Source: Patescibacteria group bacterium
GTDB lineage: Bacteria > Patescibacteriota > Patescibacteriia > Patescibacteriales > UBA12465
Length of the DNA: 64,000 nt
Reading direction: 5' to 3'
NCBI GenBank assembly: GCA_041664445.1
Contig: JBAYKT010000002.1
Span: 8,629-72,628, forward strand
Below are positions 18,251 through 27,711 of this stretch, piece after piece (positions within the stretch are counted from its first letter, which is position 1; each line of letters starts with the position of its first letter). The position numbers were made by a program, and so were the translations under genes. The notes below the pieces were generated by a model. That model did not search any database, was not told where the DNA came from, and saw only the letters and a list, made by a program, of their open reading frames with translations.

Positions 18251-21200
18251 TTAATTGCAAGACTCGTTAGTAATTAATACTTCTCCGTCCATGCAATTGG
18301 CGGTAGCGGTACACGTATTAGGCCCGGCAACTTTAGTTACTGTTTGTGTGCTGTTCGGACCGCCGCTTTCTAAAACGCCATGATTATAATCATCAACTGT
18401 TCCGGCAATACAATTAGCTAAACAGACATTATAATAACCAAAAGTTGATAGATACCAATTGCCACTGGTACAGCGATAACCGGGGTTAGCGATGGGGCCA
18501 GTTGTTCCCGTATTTGTTACAGCTCCATTAATACTACAAGTAATGATGGTGCTGTAATACCCGCCTTCCGGATGAAAAGCGACATTAGTTTTAACTTCAT
18601 AGTTAGAACCATATTTAATGGCCGGATAAGAATAGCCGTCGATAACTCCCTGGGGGCAAGTTGGAATCAAAGTACATTGATTATTAGTGCAAGTATAATC
18701 GGTAGTATTAGCACAGGCACAAGTGCCATCGCAACCATCGGTGCCGCAATAATTAGCCGGGCAGGAAGGGGTACAGGTATTAGCATCGGCAACACAAACC
18801 CCCTGTTGGTCAAGGACCCAATCACAGCCACCAGGAACATTGGCTCCCGGACAAGAATAGTCGTCATATTGAGCACACTCAGCGCCATAGTTGCCGGTTT
18901 GACCACTTTCCATAGATTCACAATGGCCGTAAGCACCTTCACAATGCTGACCCGTGGGGCAAGTACTGTTCCAAGTACTGTCGCAGGTAGCTCCCGGTGG
19001 CGGAGTAAAGACTGGCTTCTTAACACAAAGCCCATTTTCGTTCATTGTACCATCTAAAACGGTGCTGCCCGTGGTTCGACAATCATCTTGATAACAACGA
19101 TTGGCTGCAAAATCTCCAGTACAAGTCCATTGAATCCGAGTTCTCCAACCTCCTAAATCGGTCCAGACTTGCTTGCACTGACCGGAAGAACGGTAGCTTA
19201 GAGGAGTTAACTTATTTTGAAAACCAATCGGACAATAGGTGAACTTGGCAGAAGCAGCGCTAATGGCGCTAGAAGCATCAGAAGCCCACTTACTAATACA
19301 TCTGGTGTTATCTAACTTAACAATACTGCAATCGCTTAAAGGATCGGGGGTTTTGACTCCTTCATTGGAATTATAGCAAAGCCTAGTTCCTTCAGAATAA
19401 TTATTATTTATTTGGGCGCTAGTAAAATTAAATAATGGCTGTTTATGAGGATCAACCCAAGTTTGATAATTTTTATTAGCTAAAACCGCATCGCCTTCAG
19501 CAACAGATACGACTCGCGCGTCTTTCTCTACAATCGGCCAGCATTTTTTCTGACAAACACCAGAGCTAGTACATTCATATCCCAGGTCGCAATACAAACC
19601 ATTATTACAATCCAGCGGCACTTCTTCCCCTTCGCTTAAAGTTTGGTCGGCGCCAAAATAATTAGGATCACAATCAAAGGGGCAGTTATCAATGTTTTCA
19701 TATAAAGTGTTATTGATTTTAAGCTGACAATAAGTGTCGCCACAGAAACCGCCACCGTCTAGCGGGGATTTAAAAATACAATAATTACTGCCAGTAATCG
19801 GATAAGGAGTAGAGGCGATTGAAGTCGTGTTGCAAGCGTACTGAACATTTTTATTGCTACCAGCCACACTAGTCGCAACATTACTGCTGCCATCGCAAGC
19901 TTCTTGACCATCATTCCTAACGCCGCCGCGACCTTCGGTATTAGGCTTTTCAATTACTCCGTCGCCGCAATAAGTATTAACGTCTAAAATAAAACTTTTT
20001 TCCGTAGCCGTGCCATATTCGTTAACCGCCTTAATTCTTACTTCTTGGTCAACTCTAGCCACAACCGTGTTTCCTTCCAAATAAACGGCGTTTTGATTGT
20101 TAGCACTAGCGGAAAGATTAAGCCCGGCGGGCATCGGTGAAGTAACCGAATAAGTTAAAGTATGGTTACCCTGAACGGTTGATCCTAAACTGCATTTATA
20201 TGCATAATTTAGACGCGACTGATTGGCGCAATTAAAATCTAGCACCGGCTTATCGACAATTATTTTAATGATAAAGTCATCAGTCACTGGGTTTCCAGCA
20301 GCATTAGTCACTTGAACGCGATAACGGCTTTCAACATCATCAGTAAATTTCTGAGCAGTTGAGATAACGCCTTGATAATTTACTTTTTGACGATTAAGAC
20401 CCTCAGTACTGGAAGTTCTGGTTATTCCCGGCATTTGTAAAATATTCGGACCGCTTACTAAAATAATGGCGAATGAAGGTGCGTTACCACCACCGGAAAC
20501 ATAAAAATTATAATTAAAGGGCACGGTTGGATCTAGATGATAAGTATAATCTTCGGCTTGAGCAGCTGAAGACAGAGAACTAATTTCAATACGTGTGGTT
20601 GTTGAAACGGAAGCGCCATTGCTATCTGTGATGGTGATACCGACGGGATACAAACCGGCACTACCGGCGCGAGTAGCAAAAATCTTTTTTTGATTAATAT
20701 CACTAGTATCTTTAATAATTGGCGGTGCTCCCTGCCAACCAGGCCAAGAACCGGCTAACGGCTGCAAGCTCCAAGTGAGAGAATCGCCGTCAGGGTCGAC
20801 GGCCTGCACAAAACCATTATATTCATTTCCAGAAATACCTTTTAGGGCTAGACTGGTAATTACCGGGGCAGAGTTAGAAGCATTCCCCGAAGCTGAAATA
20901 CCAGTTTCGGTAACACAGGAACTAGCAGTCGGATCATTAGGAGAAAAAGTATAATTAGGACCGGCGTGAGTTTCTAGCACTGCACATAAATTATAATCGG
21001 AGCCGGTGTCGTTAGTTCCATAGACCAGAGCATAACTATCTTTGGGTAATTTTAAATAAGCTCCCACCGGATCATAAACAAATTTTTTGTTACTATCGTC
21101 CCAACAAGTTTTAGAATTGAATCCCGGGCAAGCCCCCAAGCGATTAATCGGATCGACTAGCGCCTGCTTAATGGCCAGCGTCGGAATCAAAATATCACTC

Positions 21201-21913
21201 CAGCTCGGCCACAAAGAAACGCTTTTACCAGACAAATAAGTACCAGCACTAAGCAGTGGATAGCGACCATTAACCTTTTTATAACTAGCCAAAGCTTCTT
21301 TAATCTCTTCTAATTTTCCGATTCTTTTTAAATCACGAATTATCTTAGCCTTCAAGCTGCCGCAGAAAAAACTGGCCGGGCAATCTTCGTCAACCGTGCA
21401 ATTTTTAGGCTCCTTAAGAGCACAAGTATCATTATTAGAACAAAATTGATTAGAGGCGCAATCAGAATCTTGCTCGCATTTCAAAGAGGAAATGGAACAA
21501 GTAGAAGTTTCTAATGGCAAATTATCATTAAATTTCCAGTGGGAAATTAACTGCCCCAAAATATCAACGGTTTTAACATTATAATCCTGATTATAAGAAA
21601 TTAGATAAATATTGGTGTAGATAACCTTAGCATAAGTGTCCGCATTAGCAGCATTAACATAAACGGTGCGGCCATCACGCAAGGCCTCATAACCGTCAAC
21701 GGTTAAAGACTGTGGGGAGCCGGAAAAACCCTGGCTCTCGTACCAACGATAGATACTATAGTGATTGGGATTAGGAACAATTCTGACGCCAATGGCGTCG
21801 CTATTTTGTTCTTGAGCAGAAACTTTAAATACTGCCCCCGCTAAAAGATAAACAAAAACAACCCCAAGCACAAACAGTGAGCTGCTAGTTCTTACAATCT
21901 GGCTGTTTTTCAT
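18251..21913 (-). CDS. Giant (1220 aa) secreted Cys-rich extracellular protein with a signal peptide and a cadherin-like/VCBS-type repeat
   Basis: Signal peptide ...GAVFKVSAQEQ. Very many Cys throughout. DPDGDSLTWS cadherin-like motif. Uninterrupted 3.7 kb ORF. Confidence 0.8.
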   Translation of the reverse strand: MKNSQIVRTSSSLFVLGVVFVYLLAGAVFKVSAQEQNSDAIGVRIVPNPNHYSIYRWYESQGFSGSPQSLTVDGYEALRDGRTVYVNAANADTYAKVIYTNIYLISYNQDYNVKTVDILGQLISHWKFNDNLPLETSTCSISSLKCEQDSDCASNQFCSNNDTCALKEPKNCTVDEDCPASFFCGSLKAKIIRDLKRIGKLEEIKEALASYKKVNGRYPLLSAGTYLSGKSVSLWPSWSDILIPTLAIKQALVDPINRLGACPGFNSKTCWDDSNKKFVYDPVGAYLKLPKDSYALVYGTNDTGSDYNLCAVLETHAGPNYTFSPNDPTASSCVTETGISASGNASNSAPVITSLALKGISGNEYNGFVQAVDPDGDSLTWSLQPLAGSWPGWQGAPPIIKDTSDINQKKIFATRAGSAGLYPVGITITDSNGASVSTTTRIEISSLSSAAQAEDYTYHLDPTVPFNYNFYVSGGGNAPSFAIILVSGPNILQMPGITRTSSTEGLNRQKVNYQGVISTAQKFTDDVESRYRVQVTNAAGNPVTDDFIIKIIVDKPVLDFNCANQSRLNYAYKCSLGSTVQGNHTLTYSVTSPMPAGLNLSASANNQNAVYLEGNTVVARVDQEVRIKAVNEYGTATEKSFILDVNTYCGDGVIEKPNTEGRGGVRNDGQEACDGSSNVATSVAGSNKNVQYACNTTSIASTPYPITGSNYCIFKSPLDGGGFCGDTYCQLKINNTLYENIDNCPFDCDPNYFGADQTLSEGEEVPLDCNNGLYCDLGYECTSSGVCQKKCWPIVEKDARVVSVAEGDAVLANKNYQTWVDPHKQPLFNFTSAQINNNYSEGTRLCYNSNEGVKTPDPLSDCSIVKLDNTRCISKWASDASSAISAASAKFTYCPIGFQNKLTPLSYRSSGQCKQVWTDLGGWRTRIQWTCTGDFAANRCYQDDCRTTGSTVLDGTMNENGLCVKKPVFTPPPGATCDSTWNSTCPTGQHCEGAYGHCESMESGQTGNYGAECAQYDDYSCPGANVPGGCDWVLDQQGVCVADANTCTPSCPANYCGTDGCDGTCACANTTDYTCTNNQCTLIPTCPQGVIDGYSYPAIKYGSNYEVKTNVAFHPEGGYYSTIITCSINGAVTNTGTTGPIANPGYRCTSGNWYLSTFGYYNVCLANCIAGTVDDYNHGVLESGGPNSTQTVTKVAGPNTCTATANCMDGEVLITNESCN

Positions 21914-21948
21914 AATATTATCATTTAGTATTATTCCCTAAATTTATA

Positions 21949-24900
21949 TTATTTAAAAAATATTATTTCCGCCGACTTAGTGCTTTCATTACCATTGCTA
22001 TCTAAAGCGGAAATCGCAAAATAATTATTACCGGTACTAAGTTTGGCTTTGTCCCAAGATAATGAAGAGGCGTTATTGACGGAATCGTATGATTCGCCAT
22101 AAAGATTACTCTTTACGCCCCGATAAACTCGATAGAACAAGGCATTATTAGTTTGCCAAGTAAATTTAATAGTATCCCCCTTATCTTCAACATTTAATCC
22201 AATCGGGGCTTGCGGCGGCGCCTGATCGGTTGGGGTCATGGTAGCAGCATCGCTCATTGTACTTTCCACCCTATTAGCCGAGATGCCCGTTAAGCGAAAA
22301 TCATAAGCTTGTCCATTTTTTAGAGAAGAAATATGCGCCGTACATTTGTAAACCGAGGAGAACGGCACGCAATAATCTTGCAACTTAAATTCTTGGGATT
22401 TAGTCAGCGCCTTACCGCTCTCACCATAATATATTTTGTAAGATACTGTCGGCGCATTAGCCGCAAACCAGGTAAAGGTAACATCCCCGCCAGTACCAGT
22501 ATCGGTTACGGTCTCAAACGCGGCTTCGCCAATTCCTGCTTCACGGAAAAAATATGATTCCTTCAAAACATTCCAAATACAGATACCATCTAAATGGCCA
22601 TCGCCATTTTGATCGGCACCGCAAGCAGAATTTAAACCGGCGCAAGTTGAGCTATCAGAGCTACAAATCAAAGTCGCACTCTGCCCTCTAATCACCGCCC
22701 TATCCGTAATCGCCGGCAAATCATCAATCGTTCCCGGAGCGCCAGCATCACGGCAATAATAAAACTTATAATTAAAATTGTTACAAGTTCCCCCGATAGA
22801 ACCGGTGCAGTTATCGCTCCAAGGATACCAAGTGCCGTTAGTATTTACTGGCGGCCAAGGATTATTACAAATGAAGACATAGAGATTAGCATTCCCACTT
22901 AAGTTATCGCCGGCTGAAAAAGCGTTGCGACAATTACTGGAACAAACATCGTCTGTACAAGCACAGCCAGAATTAACGGAAGAATTACTATCTAAGAACC
23001 TTACCATATCAATCGTCGCGGATAATTTAGTTTCCCCGTCAGTAATTCCATCTTTGGCTGCTAGCAAAACTTTATCAGGTCCAATACTGGCTATTGAGGC
23101 TACGCTCGCATCGCTCAAATTAAATTTCCAATCCCAGAAATAACCGGTAATCGGCTGAATAACTTGGCCGTCGGCGCTATAAGCTGAGGCCTTGAAAACT
23201 TTATCCTTATCACGCTTAGTATCAAAAGTCTTATCTTGAAAATTAGCGTCATTCTCGTCTAGACTGTTTTCGGTAGTATTGAATAAGTAGGATTCAGGGG
23301 CAATTTTAACCTGGCTAATGGCGCAAACTCCAGAATTAGCGCCCTTATCGGACAGGGTTTTAAATTGAACAATATAAGAATTTTTATAATTTTTATTATT
23401 AAAGCTTAAGGCGGCACCCTCAACACCCTCGATTCCTTCGCCATTTAAACCAATGCCGCTTAAACTGATAACTCCCGATTGGCTATTTAAATCTTCATCA
23501 CCCTTAACAATTAAGAAATACTTGGCCTCCGGAGTTAATAATTTATTAGGCGTAAAATTTAAAACTGTCTCATCACCGGAATACTCGCCGGAAATACTGC
23601 CCTGAAAGGAGCAATATAATTTATTTTGATCTGGCAGGTCAGCCAAAGCTTGATTGCCAAAAAGCTGGCTAATATACGATTTAAGCTTGCCAAAGATATT
23701 AGTAAACCAAGTTTGATTAACGGCCGCAAAATTACCGTCGCCTTCGTAGGCAAAGGTCCCGCTCGGACAAACCGCACCGCCATAATTCATTTCTTCCATT
23801 AATAGCGTATTAGCACTAAAGGAAGCGATATCCATTTGTTTATTAAAGGTAACTTTAATAACTGAGTTGCGACAAACATTAGTAGTCCCACTCGCTGGAA
23901 CTGAACCAGTTACAGCTGGACGGGAATCGCAACAAGTATCAATTCCGCAACCGACTGTAGCGGCATTACCGCAATCGCCATCATTCCTACAGCCACAACA
24001 TAATCCTCGATCAGCGCCGCTGCAATTTCCTTTGTCCGGTTGGCAATACAAATCAGGCGCTTCCGTAGTTTGACAAGCAGTCGGGTCAGCTGGGTTACAA
24101 CAACAGGCGCCGCAATCAGAAATATCAGTAGCGGTCGTCCCGGATTCAGTTAAACAAGAATGCCCCGGAAAATTACAAATTCCAAAATTACAAGTAGCCG
24201 TAGCTGAAGAAGAAACGCAATCTTGGCCAACACCGCCTTCGGCATTACCACAACGAGTAGAGCAAGTACTTAAATTATTAAAATCACCGGAAGTTTTAGG
24301 ATTTTGATCACAAGTACTATTACCGCTGGCATCAGTCTGACAATCATAATAAGCGCAGTAGCCTAAATCAGCGCCACTCGTAATTTGTGAACCACTTTTA
24401 CAAGTAGCTGTTGCTTGATCAAAACAACAGGAAGGGGCTAGGGTGCATTCATCTTTTTGACCATTGAAAAGTGAACAAAAATCTTGTCCAGGATTGGCCG
24501 CACAACCATCAACACAAGCTGGCGTATCTTTATAAGTACCAATTTTTACCGGAGTAGAGGAGGCGCAGGTAGCTGGATCGCCAATTGGCGGTGTCGTCGC
24601 GCTAAAACAATTATAATAACCGCAATAACCAAAATTAGGATCAGCAGGATTAGCGGAAATACTGGTTCCAGAACCGCCGCGACAAGAATCATCACCGGTG
24701 GCTGCGGTGCGATTAGCATCAAAACAGCAAGCAGCATTATGTTCGGAACAAGAACTTAGGCCAGCCAAACCGCTACAATCGGTACAAATTCCTCCTGGAT
24801 TTTGAGCGGTAATACTACAATACTGACCGCCATGCCCCGCACAATTACAAGCGGCATCGTGTTCAGCGACAGTTGTGCCCACATTAGCGCAACCAGAACA

Positions 24901-27663
24901 ACTGCCGAATCCCGCGCCATCATCAGTTGTATCCTGACCGCAGGTTCCCTTGCATTCCAAAGGCGCGCAACAATCTTGAGCGCTATTTTCTATACGGCAA
25001 CAACAATCACAGCTAGCCCCCTCGACGGAGACACAAGAATCAGGCTGAGAAATATCCGGATTACTTTCGCAAACAGAACCAGCGGGACAAATGGTATCGG
25101 AAACGCAACGGCCGCCAGAGCCCAATTGTGCGCAACTTAAACCAATAGCACAAATATCACAAGCTGAAGCCGTATCAACGCAAATATTATTAGAGCCTCT
25201 AACCCAAGCATCTGGACAAGAGGTATTAGTTTTTGTTTCCCACTTACCACCGGAATTACAAGTTAAGGACAAAGAAACATCCTGATTATTAATTCTGAAA
25301 GTTTGAGTTTTTGGCATACTGCAAACACCAGCACTACCATCTTTAACACATTTATTAAGCGTATCGTCATAAGTACAAGGAGCACCAAAAACTCCACAGC
25401 CAGTTACCGAAGCGCAGGAAAAATCACAAGTAGCGACTGTGGTTTTAGTGCCACCGGCATAAGGCGAGCAGGCTCCAGGAACATTAGGACAAGTAGCATT
25501 GACCTGACAAGCACCATAATAATCGGCCAAGGTAGCACAACTTTCCGTAGGATCGCTAGGATTGACAACAAATCCCGTATTAAAGTTCCATTCAAAAACG
25601 GAAGTCGGAATATCAATTAAACAAGCGGCTAAGTTAGCAACACAAGTTCCTTTCTTATAGGTATTACCCGGACAACAAACCTGGCCAGGACATTCAAGGT
25701 CTGAAGAACAAGCACTGATTTCGAAGTTTAATTCATTTCCCCATTCACCATTCTTTACTACTTTAACCGGACCAGTGATGGATTCGGCGGGAACATCCAC
25801 GGGAACGATATCAGCACCATTGTCTTGAGAAATAACACCATAAACTTGCTTGGCAGGATTAAACTGAACTAAAGAGTCATGCCCTACCTGACCTAAATAT
25901 TCGCCATAAACTTTGACTGGAGTAGATACACCTCCCTGTCTAGGTTCTAATTTACAAAGACTTGTTTTTAAAGATAAGGCATCATCAACTCTAAAAATAT
26001 TAGGATTTAATTGTTGACTATCGATAGTCTTACTATTGACTGTCATCCTAATCAAATAACTACCATTGGCTAGACCGTCCGGCACCTTAACTACCACCTG
26101 CTTATCGCTCCAGACCGAACTGGCGCAAACCGGCGGAAAACTATAATTAGCTTCGGCGCTAGCAAAATAAACATGGGAGCTTCCCTGCGCGCCGCCAAAA
26201 CCGCTGCCGGTAATCGTTACATATTGCCCGGCTACTCCTTGAGCCGGCGAGAAAGAAATAATGAAAGGACCATCATTTGGGTCAGCTTCTTTAACAAATT
26301 TTAAATAATTGCTACGCTCTTGGTTGCCGCTGATGTTATTAACCACAAAACTACCGGATTCTCCGGAACGAATATTGGGCGTAGCCGCCGTTCCCGATAA
26401 GCCGCTAGGGTGACTGAAATTAGAATCTAAACCCTGAACATTACTTTGGTAATTACCAAAATAAGCTTGGCCGGAATAAAGATTAATTCCTTGATAGGAA
26501 ACCGAAGAACTTAAAGCGCCTTTATCAGGACTAATTAAGCATAATCCCGGACGAGAAATACTATTAGCGATAAAATCTGGAATGATAGGACCATACTCAT
26601 CATTGGTAATATCTTCCGAGCCGTCTTTAGTAAGCACCTTGATAGCACCGCTTACAACTCCGGTTGGAACCGCAATAATTATTTGGTCATCTTGCCAAAA
26701 ATTAACACAAACCGGATTTATTTCCGAAGGATTACGTCCATTTAAAGAGCTACCCATGAAAACAACTTGGCTTTGGCCAGCAACATATTCGCCAAAATTC
26801 TTTCCCGAAATAGTCAGAAAATTATTAGCCGCGCCATTGGGTGTATCTAAATTACAACTAGTGGCACAATCGGTGTCGGTATCGCAAGCCTGATTGTTAT
26901 TTTCATTACAGAATCCGCCTAAAGGACTGACGGCAGTAATTACTGGCGGCCCAAAACAAGTACAAGTGGCGGCATCACAAGATAAATACTGCGCGCACAT
27001 ATTATTGTCAGCGTCGCAAGTCGCATTACTGACATCGGCATCGCAAGATTCGCCAGCTCCTGCTTTTGGCTGACAGGCACAATTACTGTCACAATAATCC
27101 GAAGGGGCACACATGTTATTTTCCATTTGACAGCCGGGATTAGGACTGGCATCACAACTTGTTTGATGAGGATTAATACTACAATCGGAACCAACACAGC
27201 CACCCCAAGAACCGTCTACACAGGCCATTGACCCGCCGCAACCGCAAGAAGAAACTTGTCCGTTAGTACATAAATTGGGGCCGCCATTACCGCTGATTGC
27301 TCCATATAATTTATTGATAACAAAGGTGGCAATCGCCCAAGAAGCTAAGATAACCGCCAAACCGATACTAGCGCTTACCAAGATTTTTTTAGCTTGGCTG
27401 ATTTTATCTTCTTCACCATTAGAAGTCATCCATAAAAAGCCGGCATAGATTATTAGGCCCAGAGCAATTACTCCCAAGAAACCAAGCGCAATATTAATAA
27501 TTCGACCAACCATTTCGCGTGGATCGCCATCGGCTAAAGCGCCGTTCAAACCATTATTTACCGCCTCAGTGCCAAAGTCTTGGGCAAATACTAAACGCCA
27601 AGCAAAAATACCAATGACTAGCACTATTAATGAAACAAGCTTTTTGCTTAATTTTGTTTTCAC
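21949..27663 (-). CDS. Giant (1904 aa) surface protein. The N-terminus is a signal peptide plus a VirB2/TrbC-like two-helix membrane hairpin of about 125 aa. It is followed by a huge Cys-rich extracellular region with C-terminal FN3-like domains.
   Basis: N-term ...LVFAQDFG|TEAVNN...DPREMVGRIINIALGFLGVIALGLIIYAGFLWMTSNGEEDKISQAKKILVSASIGLAVILASWAIATFVINKLYGAISGNGG. FN3-like PPQAPIGLNVEDKGDTIKFTWQ... at the C-terminus. Uninterrupted 5.7 kb ORF. Confidence 0.8.
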   Translation of the reverse strand: MKTKLSKKLVSLIVLVIGIFAWRLVFAQDFGTEAVNNGLNGALADGDPREMVGRIINIALGFLGVIALGLIIYAGFLWMTSNGEEDKISQAKKILVSASIGLAVILASWAIATFVINKLYGAISGNGGPNLCTNGQVSSCGCGGSMACVDGSWGGCVGSDCSINPHQTSCDASPNPGCQMENNMCAPSDYCDSNCACQPKAGAGESCDADVSNATCDADNNMCAQYLSCDAATCTCFGPPVITAVSPLGGFCNENNNQACDTDTDCATSCNLDTPNGAANNFLTISGKNFGEYVAGQSQVVFMGSSLNGRNPSEINPVCVNFWQDDQIIIAVPTGVVSGAIKVLTKDGSEDITNDEYGPIIPDFIANSISRPGLCLISPDKGALSSSVSYQGINLYSGQAYFGNYQSNVQGLDSNFSHPSGLSGTAATPNIRSGESGSFVVNNISGNQERSNYLKFVKEADPNDGPFIISFSPAQGVAGQYVTITGSGFGGAQGSSHVYFASAEANYSFPPVCASSVWSDKQVVVKVPDGLANGSYLIRMTVNSKTIDSQQLNPNIFRVDDALSLKTSLCKLEPRQGGVSTPVKVYGEYLGQVGHDSLVQFNPAKQVYGVISQDNGADIVPVDVPAESITGPVKVVKNGEWGNELNFEISACSSDLECPGQVCCPGNTYKKGTCVANLAACLIDIPTSVFEWNFNTGFVVNPSDPTESCATLADYYGACQVNATCPNVPGACSPYAGGTKTTVATCDFSCASVTGCGVFGAPCTYDDTLNKCVKDGSAGVCSMPKTQTFRINNQDVSLSLTCNSGGKWETKTNTSCPDAWVRGSNNICVDTASACDICAIGLSCAQLGSGGRCVSDTICPAGSVCESNPDISQPDSCVSVEGASCDCCCRIENSAQDCCAPLECKGTCGQDTTDDGAGFGSCSGCANVGTTVAEHDAACNCAGHGGQYCSITAQNPGGICTDCSGLAGLSSCSEHNAACCFDANRTAATGDDSCRGGSGTSISANPADPNFGYCGYYNCFSATTPPIGDPATCASSTPVKIGTYKDTPACVDGCAANPGQDFCSLFNGQKDECTLAPSCCFDQATATCKSGSQITSGADLGYCAYYDCQTDASGNSTCDQNPKTSGDFNNLSTCSTRCGNAEGGVGQDCVSSSATATCNFGICNFPGHSCLTESGTTATDISDCGACCCNPADPTACQTTEAPDLYCQPDKGNCSGADRGLCCGCRNDGDCGNAATVGCGIDTCCDSRPAVTGSVPASGTTNVCRNSVIKVTFNKQMDIASFSANTLLMEEMNYGGAVCPSGTFAYEGDGNFAAVNQTWFTNIFGKLKSYISQLFGNQALADLPDQNKLYCSFQGSISGEYSGDETVLNFTPNKLLTPEAKYFLIVKGDEDLNSQSGVISLSGIGLNGEGIEGVEGAALSFNNKNYKNSYIVQFKTLSDKGANSGVCAISQVKIAPESYLFNTTENSLDENDANFQDKTFDTKRDKDKVFKASAYSADGQVIQPITGYFWDWKFNLSDASVASIASIGPDKVLLAAKDGITDGETKLSATIDMVRFLDSNSSVNSGCACTDDVCSSNCRNAFSAGDNLSGNANLYVFICNNPWPPVNTNGTWYPWSDNCTGSIGGTCNNFNYKFYYCRDAGAPGTIDDLPAITDRAVIRGQSATLICSSDSSTCAGLNSACGADQNGDGHLDGICIWNVLKESYFFREAGIGEAAFETVTDTGTGGDVTFTWFAANAPTVSYKIYYGESGKALTKSQEFKLQDYCVPFSSVYKCTAHISSLKNGQAYDFRLTGISANRVESTMSDAATMTPTDQAPPQAPIGLNVEDKGDTIKFTWQTNNALFYRVYRGVKSNLYGESYDSVNNASSLSWDKAKLSTGNNYFAISALDSNGNESTKSAEIIFFK
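27280..27663 (-). repeat. Copy 1 of a roughly 380-bp nucleotide-level repeat encoding the shared N-terminal membrane module of the two giant paralogs
   Basis: Compare 27421-27500 (gaagtcatccataaaaagccggcatagattattaggcc...ccaaccat) with 30124-30205 (gaagtcatccataaaaatccagcgtagattattaaacc...ccaaccat). Protein identity over the module is very high. Confidence 0.6.
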
Positions 27664-27680
27664 AAATTTATGTTTTTAGA

Positions 27681-27711
27681 TAACCAAAAATGGCAATTAT
27701 TGACAATTGCC
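27681..27711 (-). terminator. Hairpin ggcaatt-attgac-aattgcc overlapping the stop of the 887-aa gene, followed on the minus strand by atttttggtt. Possible weak terminator or attenuator between the two giant genes.
   Basis: 7-bp stem with a short U-run. Weaker than the other terminators in the window. Confidence 0.35.

Noticed and set aside
18572-27203. Numerous 60-160-aa ORFs on both strands inside the giant genes (for example 18572-19057, 18667-19035, 24484-24759, 24802-25140 and 26940-27203)
   Set aside because: They are alternative-frame or antisense shadows within long, uninterrupted 3.7-5.7 kb ORFs and have low-complexity composition.
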